A DNA stretch of 47,093 nt from Pachysolen tannophilus NRRL Y-2460 (taxonomy: Eukaryota), in the NCBI GenBank assembly GCA_001661245.1, contig KV454012.1, positions 1,363,811 through 1,410,903 on the forward strand, written 5' to 3'. Both the position numbers and the translations under genes were made by a program. Shown piece by piece: positions 1 through 10,900 of the stretch (the stretch's first letter is position 1; every line of letters begins with the position of its first letter). The notes beneath the pieces are model-generated. The model made no database searches. It saw nothing but the letters and a program-made list of their open reading frames with translations, and was not told the origin of the DNA.

Positions 1-32
<32 letters not shown>

Positions 33-108
33 TTCTTTATTAAAAAAAAAACAGATGACTGACGACAGGATATCTTTTTTTTTTTATACAGATGTAATAA
101 CTTCTGTT

Positions 109-3100
109 TCAACTAAACCACTTTTGTATGACTTGTTGGGCTTCAGTGGAGTACTTGGATAACAAGTTCATAGCATCATTTTGAGGAATTGTACCTAATA
201 ATTGTTTTGTAGCTTCAACAATTCTTTGAGCTGTTTTACCAGAAATTGAGTTATATGTTAATGCTTGTACAACATCATCTACTACTTTTGGAATTTGGTT
301 GATGACAACTGGGTGTTGTTTTGCAATTAATTCAACCAAGAAATTATAAGCATATGGAGCAGCTTCATCATCTTGTAGTACTGGTAATAATTTAAACCAA
401 TTTTCAACAATGACATCAAAATTTGGTATTGTATTTCCAAAAGAATGACATATCTTGGCAATAGCAGCAACACTATTTTCAGTTGCTGCTGCATTCTCTT
501 CAGCTTTGGCATCTAATACAGAACACATCTTGAACATTGGTTCTAAAGTTGCAAGACAAAAATCACGATAATTTGGACCACCATGTTGGGCAGCAACACC
601 AACAGAATAAGCAGTGGCACGACGAATTGATGCCTGTGGTGAGGTTAATGATTCTCCAATAACATTCATAAACATATCTTTGAAATGATATGAATTTTCA
701 CCACTAAATTCTATTAAATCAGATATTACACATAATCCACATAATTTAATTGAAGTATTATCATCATTTATATATTGAGCAATTGTAGGGACCATGACTT
801 GGAAACCAGGAATAAATCTTGATTTAGCATTTTTGAAAACAACAGAAATACTCTTGTTTATTTCATCCAATAATTCTTCATCTGTAAGTTCATCATCATC
901 TTCTTCATTTTCATCAACATACTCATCTTCTCCAACTTCACGTTCTTTTATTCTTTGATAAATTTCTTTTAAATTATTATCAACAGCATTGGCTAGCAAT
1001 GTCAACTGATGATCAGATAAGGAATCTGTACCCATAATCTCGAGACATTTGACAAATGATGAATAATAAGCAACTAACAATTCTGGAACAGGTTCATGCT
1101 GTATAGCATCAATTAATTTATCAGAAATTTGTTTCCAAAGTTCTAAAGATTGTTGAGATGTTTTCAGGGTTGCCAATATGCAACATTTCAATAACGATGG
1201 CATGGTTAAAGCAGCAGAACCACGAACACCATCATGTAAGTAAAAATCTATAGCTGGTATGACAATATCTTGTGATATTTCTTTAACATATGGGAAAAAA
1301 TCACCTTCCAAGACATCGGCATAATTCTTCAACAATTCAATGGCTGTTGTCTTATCATCTAATAATGCCGTATGAATAGCAATATGTTTTCCTGATAATT
1401 GTATAACATCCCAATCATCATTAGCACCTAATTCATCGACATCATCTTCATCAATTAAGGAAAGATCTTGAGTAGCTTTAGCAGCTTGTAATAAAGGAGG
1501 TAAGACACCAGGTAAAAATGGTAAGAAATCTTTACCAATGATTCTACATATTCTTCCCCAACCTTGTTCTAAATAAGGTTTGACTGGGTCATCATCTTCA
1601 ACAGCTGCTTCTTGAATATGTGCAAATAGTTGTATAATTTCCGATGTATGTTGCAGAAATTTTTCCTTTCCAACAGCTAATGCAATCAATGTGGAGCATT
1701 CAATACATTTTGCTTTTAATAATCTGTTCTCTTCACCCATCTCAGTTTTTAAAACATTGAGCAATAATGGCATTAAAGTATCGTAATATTTAATAAACTT
1801 TGTCTGCGCTGCATCTGCAATGATTGCAATTGTAGTCAATACTTGTTCTTGAACATAACGTTTTGGACTTTGTAATAATGTTAACAAATTTGATAATAAA
1901 TCATCTAAATAAGGTTCCAATACTTCTTTTGTAGCATTTTCCGAAAAATTAACTAACGCAGCAGCAGCATGTGTTTGAACTCTTGGTACATTTCTATTAT
2001 TTAACATCAAGATTAATGCAGGTATAATACGATCACCAGAAGTTCTTTGGATAACATCAGCAAAATCAGTTGAGATTTGACCCAAGGCATTACAACAAGC
2101 ATACTGAACTCTTGGATGTTGATCATTCAATGCAGGAAGTATCAAGTCTAAAATTTTTGGTATTTCTGTGATCAAGACATCTCTACAACCTTCTGCAGCT
2201 GAAGATACAGCCATTAAAGCCGCATGACGCTCTCTCCATTCTTGAGATTGTAACATTGAAGGAATATATTGAAATAAAGGAGCAGCCAACGATTGTCCCG
2301 TTAATCTTAATGCAACACGATCCAAAGATTGTCTTGCTGCATCATATTCCAATTCATTTTCATCATCTTCTCTATCATCTGAATTATTCCATTCTGAGGC
2401 ATCATCATCATCAATCGATACTTCAGTCATCATTTGTAAAGTAGTCAAGACAATGTTTGAAGTATATGAAGCTTCACGTTTACACATAGTTGAAGAACTT
2501 TCACTAAATGTGACCAATAATTCTAATGCTGCAAGTCTTGTACTTTGATCCAATTCTTTATTTTTGGCAACCATTGAACAAAATTCTATAACTGTTGTAA
2601 ACATTGGTTTAAACATTTTTGGAGCCAATTCCACAAGTTCAATTAATGATTCAAATACAGAAGCCAAAGATTCATCTTTCCCATTTTCCAATAATCTAGG
2701 TAAAGAATTCAATAGACTAGGTAATAAAGGACTCAAAGATGACCATGATTTTTTCGGTATTTGTTGGAAAAATGCAACAAATGCATTAGCAGCAGCTATT
2801 CTTACATCATCATTTGAATCTTCAAAACCCAGATGAAATATTGGTAAGACTTCATTTATATAACTTTTATCAATCAATTCCGGAGATGAACTAAAGACTC
2901 TAAAAGCACTTTCTCTAAAACTTGATTCTTCATTCTTTGCTGCTTGGAACAATGCAGGTAATAATTCTGGCCATTCACCATCTTTAGAAACTTCTGATAT
3001 TGCATCAGCCAACTTGTGCCTTATATCATTGGATTGAGGAGATATAAAACCTTGTAACAATACTCTACGTATTTGCAGCTTTACATTGGCACTAATATGA

Positions 3101-3378
3101 TCAATTTGTCTAGCAGTTACACTAAATCCCGTACCATTAGGAGTCTTTAATGCGACTCTTCTAAATAAAACAGCACTAAAAGCTTTAACTTGATTTGATT
3201 CCCCTGATGAAGATTGTTCAGCTAAAAATAATAATAACATCTCAATTCTATCTTCTTTTGACCATTCTTCATATAAAGATTTTTCAGCATGAGATCTTGT
3301 AGTATTATCGGCTGAAGATAATCCAGCCAATAAGTGTAAAAGGGCTTGCTGCACCTCTGATGGCAATGACGACGACAT
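109..3378 (-). CDS. PSE1: Importin beta-3 / karyopherin Kap121 (importin-5 family)
   Basis: 1089-aa HEAT-repeat ORF with HPRVQYACCNALGQISTDF, RVQTHAAAALVNFSE, RYVQEQVLTTIA and LKAKCIEC, typical of Pse1/IPO5. Confidence 0.95.
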   Translation of the reverse strand: MSSSLPSEVQQALLHLLAGLSSADNTTRSHAEKSLYEEWSKEDRIEMLLLFLAEQSSSGESNQVKAFSAVLFRRVALKTPNGTGFSVTARQIDHISANVKLQIRRVLLQGFISPQSNDIRHKLADAISEVSKDGEWPELLPALFQAAKNEESSFRESAFRVFSSSPELIDKSYINEVLPIFHLGFEDSNDDVRIAAANAFVAFFQQIPKKSWSSLSPLLPSLLNSLPRLLENGKDESLASVFESLIELVELAPKMFKPMFTTVIEFCSMVAKNKELDQSTRLAALELLVTFSESSSTMCKREASYTSNIVLTTLQMMTEVSIDDDDASEWNNSDDREDDENELEYDAARQSLDRVALRLTGQSLAAPLFQYIPSMLQSQEWRERHAALMAVSSAAEGCRDVLITEIPKILDLILPALNDQHPRVQYACCNALGQISTDFADVIQRTSGDRIIPALILMLNNRNVPRVQTHAAAALVNFSENATKEVLEPYLDDLLSNLLTLLQSPKRYVQEQVLTTIAIIADAAQTKFIKYYDTLMPLLLNVLKTEMGEENRLLKAKCIECSTLIALAVGKEKFLQHTSEIIQLFAHIQEAAVEDDDPVKPYLEQGWGRICRIIGKDFLPFLPGVLPPLLQAAKATQDLSLIDEDDVDELGANDDWDVIQLSGKHIAIHTALLDDKTTAIELLKNYADVLEGDFFPYVKEISQDIVIPAIDFYLHDGVRGSAALTMPSLLKCCILATLKTSQQSLELWKQISDKLIDAIQHEPVPELLVAYYSSFVKCLEIMGTDSLSDHQLTLLANAVDNNLKEIYQRIKEREVGEDEYVDENEEDDDELTDEELLDEINKSISVVFKNAKSRFIPGFQVMVPTIAQYINDDNTSIKLCGLCVISDLIEFSGENSYHFKDMFMNVIGESLTSPQASIRRATAYSVGVAAQHGGPNYRDFCLATLEPMFKMCSVLDAKAEENAAATENSVAAIAKICHSFGNTIPNFDVIVENWFKLLPVLQDDEAAPYAYNFLVELIAKQHPVVINQIPKVVDDVVQALTYNSISGKTAQRIVEATKQLLGTIPQNDAMNLLSKYSTEAQQVIQKWFS

Positions 3379-3834
3379 ATTAAACAGAGTGAAAAAAAAA
3401 ATATGAAAAAAAAAAAAAAATTAAACAAACAAGATAGCAAAAACTTAAACTTTAGCCTTATATAATAAATAAACCAAAGATGTTACCCCAACAATGTAAG
3501 TGATTCCAATAATGCAAATTGAAAAAAAAGGAAAAGAAGATTTTAAACTTAATATGAGCACACAGATAGAGAGTTTAGGAATGTAATAACCAATATAGCC
3601 AATACCTAACACCTAACACCCAAAGGACAAATAAAAAAAAAAATTATTCACAAAAAAACAACTGAAAATTTGAAACAGAAATATATCAATCTTATCGGCC
3701 TTGAAAAAATTGAAAGAGAAAAAAAAAAATTAAACAATAATTAATTAATTCTCTTTTACCAATAACTCAAAATTCCAATGCTTCTAATAATCTCTACTCT
3801 TTATTATAAAAAACAATTGTTTTTTTTTTTTTTT

Positions 3835-4321
3835 NNNNNNNNNNNNNNNNNNNNNNNNNNNNNNNNNNNNNNNNNNNNNNNNNNNNNNNNNNNNNNNNNN
3901 NNNNNNNNNNNNNNNNNNNNNNNNNNNNNNNNNNNNNNNNNNNNNNNNNNNNNNNNNNNNNNNNNNNNNNNNNNNNNNNNNNNNNNNNNNNNNNNNNNNN
4001 NNNNNNNNNNNNNNNNNNNNNNNNNNNNNNNNNNNNNNNNNNNNNNNNNNNNNNNNNNNNNNNNNNNNNNNNNNNNNNNNNNNNNNNNNNNNNNNNNNNN
4101 NNNNNNNNNNNNNNNNNNNNNNNNNNNNNNNNNNNNNNNNNNNNNNNNNNNNNNNNNNNNNNNNNNNNNNNNNNNNNNNNNNNNNNNNNNNNNNNNNNNN
4201 NNNNNNNNNNNNNNNNNNNNNNNNNNNNNNNNNNNNNNNNNNNNNNNNNNNNNNNNNNNNNNNNNNNNNNNNNNNNNNNNNNNNNNNNNNNNNNNNNNNN
4301 NNNNNNNNNNNNNNNNNNNNN
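3835..4321. other. Assembly gap (N run) flanked by poly-T and poly-A tracts
   Basis: N characters; ORFs spanning it are artefacts. Confidence 0.99.
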
Positions 4322-4444
4322 GGAAAAAAAAAAAAAAAAAAAAAAAAAATTTTTTTTTTCTTTTTTGGAAATTAAGCATTAATTACACTACCGTCTTTTT
4401 CGCACCTTTCAATTGTAAGAGTAAAGTGATTATTGTGAAGAGAA

Positions 4445-5626
4445 TTAGTTAAAGAAAGAAGAATATTTTGATTTTTCCTTTTGCTTTTGGGAGATGATGG
4501 CTTGGTTGACTTGTTGTAGTGTTGTGTTGATAGCAGGGTCTTGTTTTGGGTGTAAATAATGTTGTGCTTGTTTTAAGTCGTTAAGCGCTGTTGGATAATT
4601 TGATATTCCTAAACCCATGTAACCGCGGCTTCTTCTATATAACAGTTTTGCTATATCTTGATTTGATATTATTGCCAAGATGTCATCTAGTTCTAATAGG
4701 AAAGTTGAGTAAGTTATTGCGCTTTGGAATTGTTTCAAGTTAAGCGCTGTTAGTGATAAGTTTAATAGTAGCTTCAGTTTTAAATTTAAGAAATTATTAT
4801 AATATTCTGGAGATGAATCTTGATCTGGGATAAATTCGTTACAATATCTTAAAGCTTTTTTAAATTTTTGGAAAGCTTTCAAATTTTCTTTATCTTTGAA
4901 TAGTATTGTACCGCTATCTTTTATCTTCATTGTAGCTTCATATGCAGATTTAGTAGAATCATCGATTTTATCTTCATCATCTGGAAATTCTTCATAAATA
5001 TCACCTCCAATTGTATCATAACAAGCGTTATATATTGGCACACCTAATGATGGTTCCCATTCACCACAATTGGTTATAACAACTTTCAGAAATGGTATAT
5101 CTGAATCATTTGTTTTCAAATTTTCAATTTCTCTTATAACAGATTTACCATGAATAACTTTACCAAAAACTGAATGTTTCCCTGTTAAATGTGGACAAGG
5201 ATAAGTATTTATAAAAAATTGAGAACAATTATTACTTGTCATTACTAAATTCATTCTAGTTGAAAGATCAGCTAAATTTTCTTTTTCAAATTCACCCATT
5301 AATGAAATCTCTTTATCATATTCTTTGTTTAAACTGAAAATTGACGCACCACCTTTACCAACAACAGAAGAATCTAACTCATCATCAAAACCATAAACAA
5401 TATCACCAGCTCCAACAATAAAGTTCTTAACAACTCTATGAAACTTGTTACCTTGAAACCATAATTTAATCCCATTTTTATTTCTACCTAGTTCACCAGT
5501 ACATAGCTTTAAGAAATTTTCTGCATTTTTTGGAGCTAAATCATTATACAATTCAAAAACAATTCTACCAATTTGCCTTTCATCTATGGTAATGTCCATA
5601 TATGCTTTCTTTCTAGCTATAACCAT
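4445..5626 (-). CDS. CPR7: Cyp40-type cyclophilin (PPIase domain plus TPR), Cpr7-like
   Basis: FHRVVKNF, SQFFI and HLTGKHSVFGKVIHGKSV followed by TPR helices; first ATG at 5626; divergent from GEA like S. cerevisiae GEA1-CPR7. Confidence 0.85.
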   Translation of the reverse strand: MVIARKKAYMDITIDERQIGRIVFELYNDLAPKNAENFLKLCTGELGRNKNGIKLWFQGNKFHRVVKNFIVGAGDIVYGFDDELDSSVVGKGGASIFSLNKEYDKEISLMGEFEKENLADLSTRMNLVMTSNNCSQFFINTYPCPHLTGKHSVFGKVIHGKSVIREIENLKTNDSDIPFLKVVITNCGEWEPSLGVPIYNACYDTIGGDIYEEFPDDEDKIDDSTKSAYEATMKIKDSGTILFKDKENLKAFQKFKKALRYCNEFIPDQDSSPEYYNNFLNLKLKLLLNLSLTALNLKQFQSAITYSTFLLELDDILAIISNQDIAKLLYRRSRGYMGLGISNYPTALNDLKQAQHYLHPKQDPAINTTLQQVNQAIISQKQKEKSKYSSFFN

Positions 5627-5872
5627 CTTCAAAATTATTTACCTCTTTAAAACTCTATTTGTATTGGCGATTAAATCCAGATTTATAGCAAACTATTGAA
5701 TCATTTTGTACCTTAAAAAATTAAAAGTAAAAAAAAAACAAAAAATAAAGAGACAGAAAGAGCTAAAAAAAAGAAAAAAGAAGAGAAGAGATAACTAAAG
5801 AATAATATAATTGATCCATCAAATTATTAATATTCCAAAAAACAAATTATTGAATTATATTTGATCATTGTG

Positions 5873-7096
5873 ATGTTGAAGATTGTTAATAGGCGGTGTG
5901 TGTTATCTTCCTCGAGGATATTTCAAGATGATGGGTTTTGCTTTTGTTACTTTAAAAAAAATTATACAAGAAGTTATTTTGATGTTAGATCATCAATATC
6001 ATCATCACCTTCATTTGATAATTCTGAGTATGCTTTAAAGATTCATAAATCGAGAATTAATTGTGAGAAGGAAGTTAAAAAGTTTGATAAATCATCATAT
6101 TTATTAGCTCACTATATACCTGAACCACTTGTGAATTCTTTTTTAGCATTAAGATATTTTAGTATTGAGATGAATAGGATTAATAGTAATATAAATTTAG
6201 GAGCAAAAATAGAACCAGGAATTGATCCAGTTAATCTGAAATTAAAATTTTGGGAAGATTTGATTTATAAATTAGAGTGTGATAGTAATAATAGAGGTAT
6301 AATGATTGAACATCCAGTATCAATATTATTACTGGATTGTTTAAGACAAAATTATAATATAAATTTAAGATATTTATCAACATTTTTAAATACTAAAAAA
6401 AATTCACTAAATAATCAAGTCCCCAATAATATTGAATCTTTATGTTCTTATGGAGAAGGAACTTATTCACAATTGAATTATCTGCTTCAAGGGTTATTAT
6501 TATCTGAAACTATTTCACCTTCATGTATTAAATTATTAGAAAATTCAATTTTTTTAAAAAATTTAATAACTGATATTGCAGCTCATATTGGTCAATCAAT
6601 GAGTATTGCTACAACTTTAATAAGATTAAAATATTTTGCAAATAAAAAAAATTCAATTTATTTACCAATAGATTTAATGTTAAAAAAAAATTTATCACAA
6701 GAACAATTATTAAAAATTTTTCAAGGTTATATTGATAAAGATTCAAAAGAATTTATAAATATAAGTAATTCCTTATCTGATTTAGTTTTTGAAATGGCAA
6801 CAGTTGCAAATGATCATTTATTAACTGCAAGATCAAAATTTTCTAAAGTTAAACAAGAAATTCAAACCATTTTAAAAGATAATTCAAATGATCTGTACTT
6901 GTTATCATGTAGTGATAAATGGTTACAAGGTGTACCTGATGCAATTTATATTCCATTTATGAGTGCAATTCCATTACAGATATATTTGGGGAAATTGGAA
7001 ACCCATAATTTTGATATTATAAATAACAATTTAGAAACAAAAGAGTGGAGATTAGCTTGGAAATCATATTGGAATTATAACAAAAGATTATTCTAA
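5873..7096 (+). CDS. NDUFAF6-like complex I assembly factor (squalene/phytoene synthase fold)
   Basis: Basic presequence-like N-terminus; FDKSSYLLAHYIP, FLALR, LKFW, SYGEGTYSQLNY, AAHIGQ, ATVANDHL; first ATG at 5873. Confidence 0.8.
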   Translation: MLKIVNRRCVLSSSRIFQDDGFCFCYFKKNYTRSYFDVRSSISSSPSFDNSEYALKIHKSRINCEKEVKKFDKSSYLLAHYIPEPLVNSFLALRYFSIEMNRINSNINLGAKIEPGIDPVNLKLKFWEDLIYKLECDSNNRGIMIEHPVSILLLDCLRQNYNINLRYLSTFLNTKKNSLNNQVPNNIESLCSYGEGTYSQLNYLLQGLLLSETISPSCIKLLENSIFLKNLITDIAAHIGQSMSIATTLIRLKYFANKKNSIYLPIDLMLKKNLSQEQLLKIFQGYIDKDSKEFINISNSLSDLVFEMATVANDHLLTARSKFSKVKQEIQTILKDNSNDLYLLSCSDKWLQGVPDAIYIPFMSAIPLQIYLGKLETHNFDIINNNLETKEWRLAWKSYWNYNKRLF

Positions 7097-7102
7097 AATT
7101 CC

Positions 7103-7103
<1 letters not shown>

Positions 7104-7155
<52 letters not shown>

Positions 7156-7159
7156 TTTT
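7104..7159. repeat. (TTTA)n microsatellite just downstream of the NDUFAF6-like stop
   Basis: Imperfect attt/ttta tandem run. Confidence 0.8.
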
Positions 7160-7928
7160 GTAGTCATATCTCAAGAGGAAGCTTACTGAGTGAATAAAAG
7201 AGCAAAGAAAATGTTTTAAGGTAGAGTTTACCTTCTATTGTCTTAGCAACAACAGTTTCCACTGCTGCTGCTGCTGTTGTTGCTGTTGTTACTACTATTT
7301 CAGCTTATTCTGCCGCCTCTACTGCCGCTGCCTTCACTACCTCTTTCACCGCCTTCACCGCCAATGTATCTCTATCTCTCCGGCTAGAAAATCGAAGAAG
7401 AAGAAAAAAAATCCCGCCAAAGTTTTTCTGCAAAGCGCTGCACGACCGCCCGCGGTTCTCTACCACCGTTTAAAGTTAATAGCAACGAAGAGATTTCTTA
7501 TATGCTTACGTTTTTAGTTGATTTTACAATTTATAATATAATATATATATTTTGAAATCTTATTGATTAATATAGAATTGAGATTTGATTTCAATAGTTA
7601 TTTGATTTTTTATATTCATCTTGAATTAAAAATTTTCATATTTCAATTTTTTTGTTTTTTTGTTTTATTTTTTGGGGGAATTTATTTGTTGATTTGTGTT
7701 GTTTTTTTCTTTTTTTTTTTGTTTCATTGTGTTGTTAGTAATTTAGTTACTTTTAAGACAAATTTCACTAGAAATCAATCAATTGAAAAAAAATAAAAGA
7801 ATTACTGAAAATTTTTATTTTTCTTTTCTTTAAAGATAGAAGAGAGTTTGTTTAAGGTTTAGAAGCATTGAAGGGGTGAATAATTAGTGGGCTAAGAAAA
7901 AATAAGAAAAAAAAGAATAGAGTCAAGG

Positions 7929-10900
7929 ATGAACATGGATGATTTCACCACAACTTCAATTGATCCATTGACATTGGTGATTGGAGAATGTATTTTAATA
8001 TCTTCAGAGATGAGAAAATTACCAAAGTGGTCACAGAATGGTGTTGCACTGATATTGGGAGGTCAATTATATTCTAGTAGAGATTTATTATTTGGTGGTG
8101 ATTTGGATGATTCATTTACAAGTCGTTTTGGAATTAAAAATACAACTCATCATTATAATAATGGAATTCGTGGGAATGATAATGGGAATGGTATTAGCAA
8201 TAATAATAACAATAGCGGTTTGAGACATAAGGATGATAGTCCTTTGTTGAGTGGGTTTATTCAATTAAGAATCTTATTGACAGATGTTGATTCATTAGAA
8301 AGAGTGGATAGTTTGACATTATTACAACCATTTTTATTAGTTATAAAATCTTCTTCAACTTCAGGTCATATTACATCATTGGCATTAACATCATTAGCAA
8401 AATTCTTGTCATATAATTTGATTAATTCAAATTCAATTAATATTAAGACTACATTACCACAAATTATATCTTCTTTGACACATTGTCGATTTGAAGCAGG
8501 TGATCAATCTTCTGATGATGCAGTATTATTAAAAGTGTTGAGATTGTTGGAAACTATTATAAAATCAGATATTAGTGATTTATTACCAGATGATTTTGTT
8601 TATGAAGTAATTCAGACATGCTTATCTTTAGCTTGTAATAAGAGAAGAAGTGAAGTATTAAGAAAAGCTGCAGAAATGGCAATGATTTCAATAACTATTA
8701 GAATTTTTAGTAAATTAAGAAAAATTGACCCACCATCAATTGAAAAAAATAATAATAATATAATTAATACTAGTTCTAATCTTGAATCAGAAAATCATGT
8801 TTTACAAGAAGATATAATTGGAGGAAGACAAGAATCAGATTCTACTCCTCAACCAGAAATACCTAATTTTTCTTCAAAGGAAAAAATTGAACAAGACGAA
8901 AAAGAAGAAAAAGAAGAAAAAATAAAAGATTTTGATCAAATTAATCAAGAAACAGATACAGATACTATTATTAATAAAGAAAGAAAATCACAGGATTCAA
9001 TTGAATCATATAAAGTTAAAGAACAACCGGAAGATGTTGAACCATTTGGAATTCCTTGTATAAAAGAATACTTGAGCATATTGATATCAATGATTAACCC
9101 ATCAAATCAATACCAACATATGGAAAGTACAAGAGTGTTTGCCTTTTCTTTAATTAATACAGCTGTGGAAGTTTCTTCAGATTCCTTACCAAAACATCCA
9201 TCTATAATGTCATTAATCTCCGATTTGGTTTGTAAACATTTGTTACAAACCATTCAATCAGTTGATCAGCCAACTTTATTATATGCTGCATTACAATTGT
9301 TTACTACTTTAACTGTTACCTTGGGTGATTATTTAAAATTACAGGTAGAAATGATTTTATTGAGTATTTTAAGATCTATTACACCAGATTTTAAAAACTT
9401 GGATAATGACTTGAGTACAAATTGTGACAAATATTTTAAGTGCCTTGAGTCAAATAATGATGAAGAAAATGATAAGAAATCATTAACAGAAACAGAAAAT
9501 AATAAGTCAAGAGTTAGTCTAGCTGAATCATCTTCAGATAACTCATCTATAAATTCTAACACAAGACCTCCTCTTTCTAAAGAAATGTTAATTGAATCTA
9601 TTTCAATATTATGGACGAGATCGCCTATATTTTTTACAAATTTATTTCAGCTATATGATTGTGATTTTGATAGAGAAAATATTTGTTTAGCTCTCATAAA
9701 GTGCTTATGTCGTTTATCATTACCCGATGCCGCAATAACATCAACTGACAATGTGCCACCTATTGCTTTAGAAGGACTTTTAACTTTGATTAATGGTATG
9801 AATAATAGAGTCAAACAAGAGATGAAAAATGGGCTGGAGTTCAAAATAAATGAAAACAAATTAGTTAGTCAACAAAATAAAAAACAAGAGTTTATAGAAT
9901 GCATAAAAGTTTTAAACAATGAACCAAAAGAGGGACTAAAATTATTGCATGAAAAGAACTTTATTAAAAATCTTGAAGATAATGACGAATTAGCTAGATT
10001 TTATTTTGAAAAATCAGGTAGGTTAAACAAAAAGCAGTTAGGTGAAATATTAGCAAAACCAAGAAATACTGAGTTACTTGAGAAATTCATGTCATTGTTT
10101 GATTTTACAAATTTGAGAGTAGATGAGGCATTGAGAATGTTACTCAAGAGTTTTAGGTTACCAGGAGAATCTCAGCAAATTGAAAGAATAGTAGAATCTT
10201 TTGCTAATAAATATGTGGCTTGTCAAGAAAAACAATCATCTTTGCTGCTGGGAGGCAAAGAAGATAAAGAGGACGAGGAAAAAATTAGACCAGATAAAGA
10301 TTCCGTATTTGTTTTATCATATTCAATTGTTATGTTAAATACTGATTTACATAACCCTCAGGTTAAAAATCATATGACTTTTGAGGATTATCAGAAGAAC
10401 GTTAGAGGTGTTTATAATGGTAAAGATTTTCCTAGTTGGTATTTGTCGAAAATTTATAACTCCATCAAGGACCGCGAGATAATAATGCCGGAAGAACATC
10501 ATGGTACCAGCAAGTGGTTTGATGATATGTGGAATAATTTAATAACTCAGCATGATATTCATTTGGGCAGTTCCGGACATAATAGTACCAACGATAATTC
10601 AACTGTAGAATGGGTTCAATTTGATAAGGTTATATTTGAGACTACATGTAATTATATAATTAGTACAATATTGGCTATATTTGACGAAGCAATTGATGAT
10701 CTGATTATCTCAAAAATGATGGTAACCGTTGACAAATGTTCTAATATTGCCATTTACTTCAAATTGACTAAAATTATTGATAAAATTGTTGAGACTTTGT
10801 CCCACTTGACCACCTTAACAGGATTGAGGAATTCCGATTTGATGCTCCAAGATGGATCTTCGAGAGATGTTATTCCGGTTACACAAATAAAGATTGAAGA

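Noticed and set aside
3778..4452. ORFs spanning the first gap
   Set aside because: Made of N codons and homopolymers
7180..7500. Possible RNase P RNA (RPR1) expected from synteny
   Set aside because: Could not find the conserved P4/CR-I and CR-V motifs by eye on either strand
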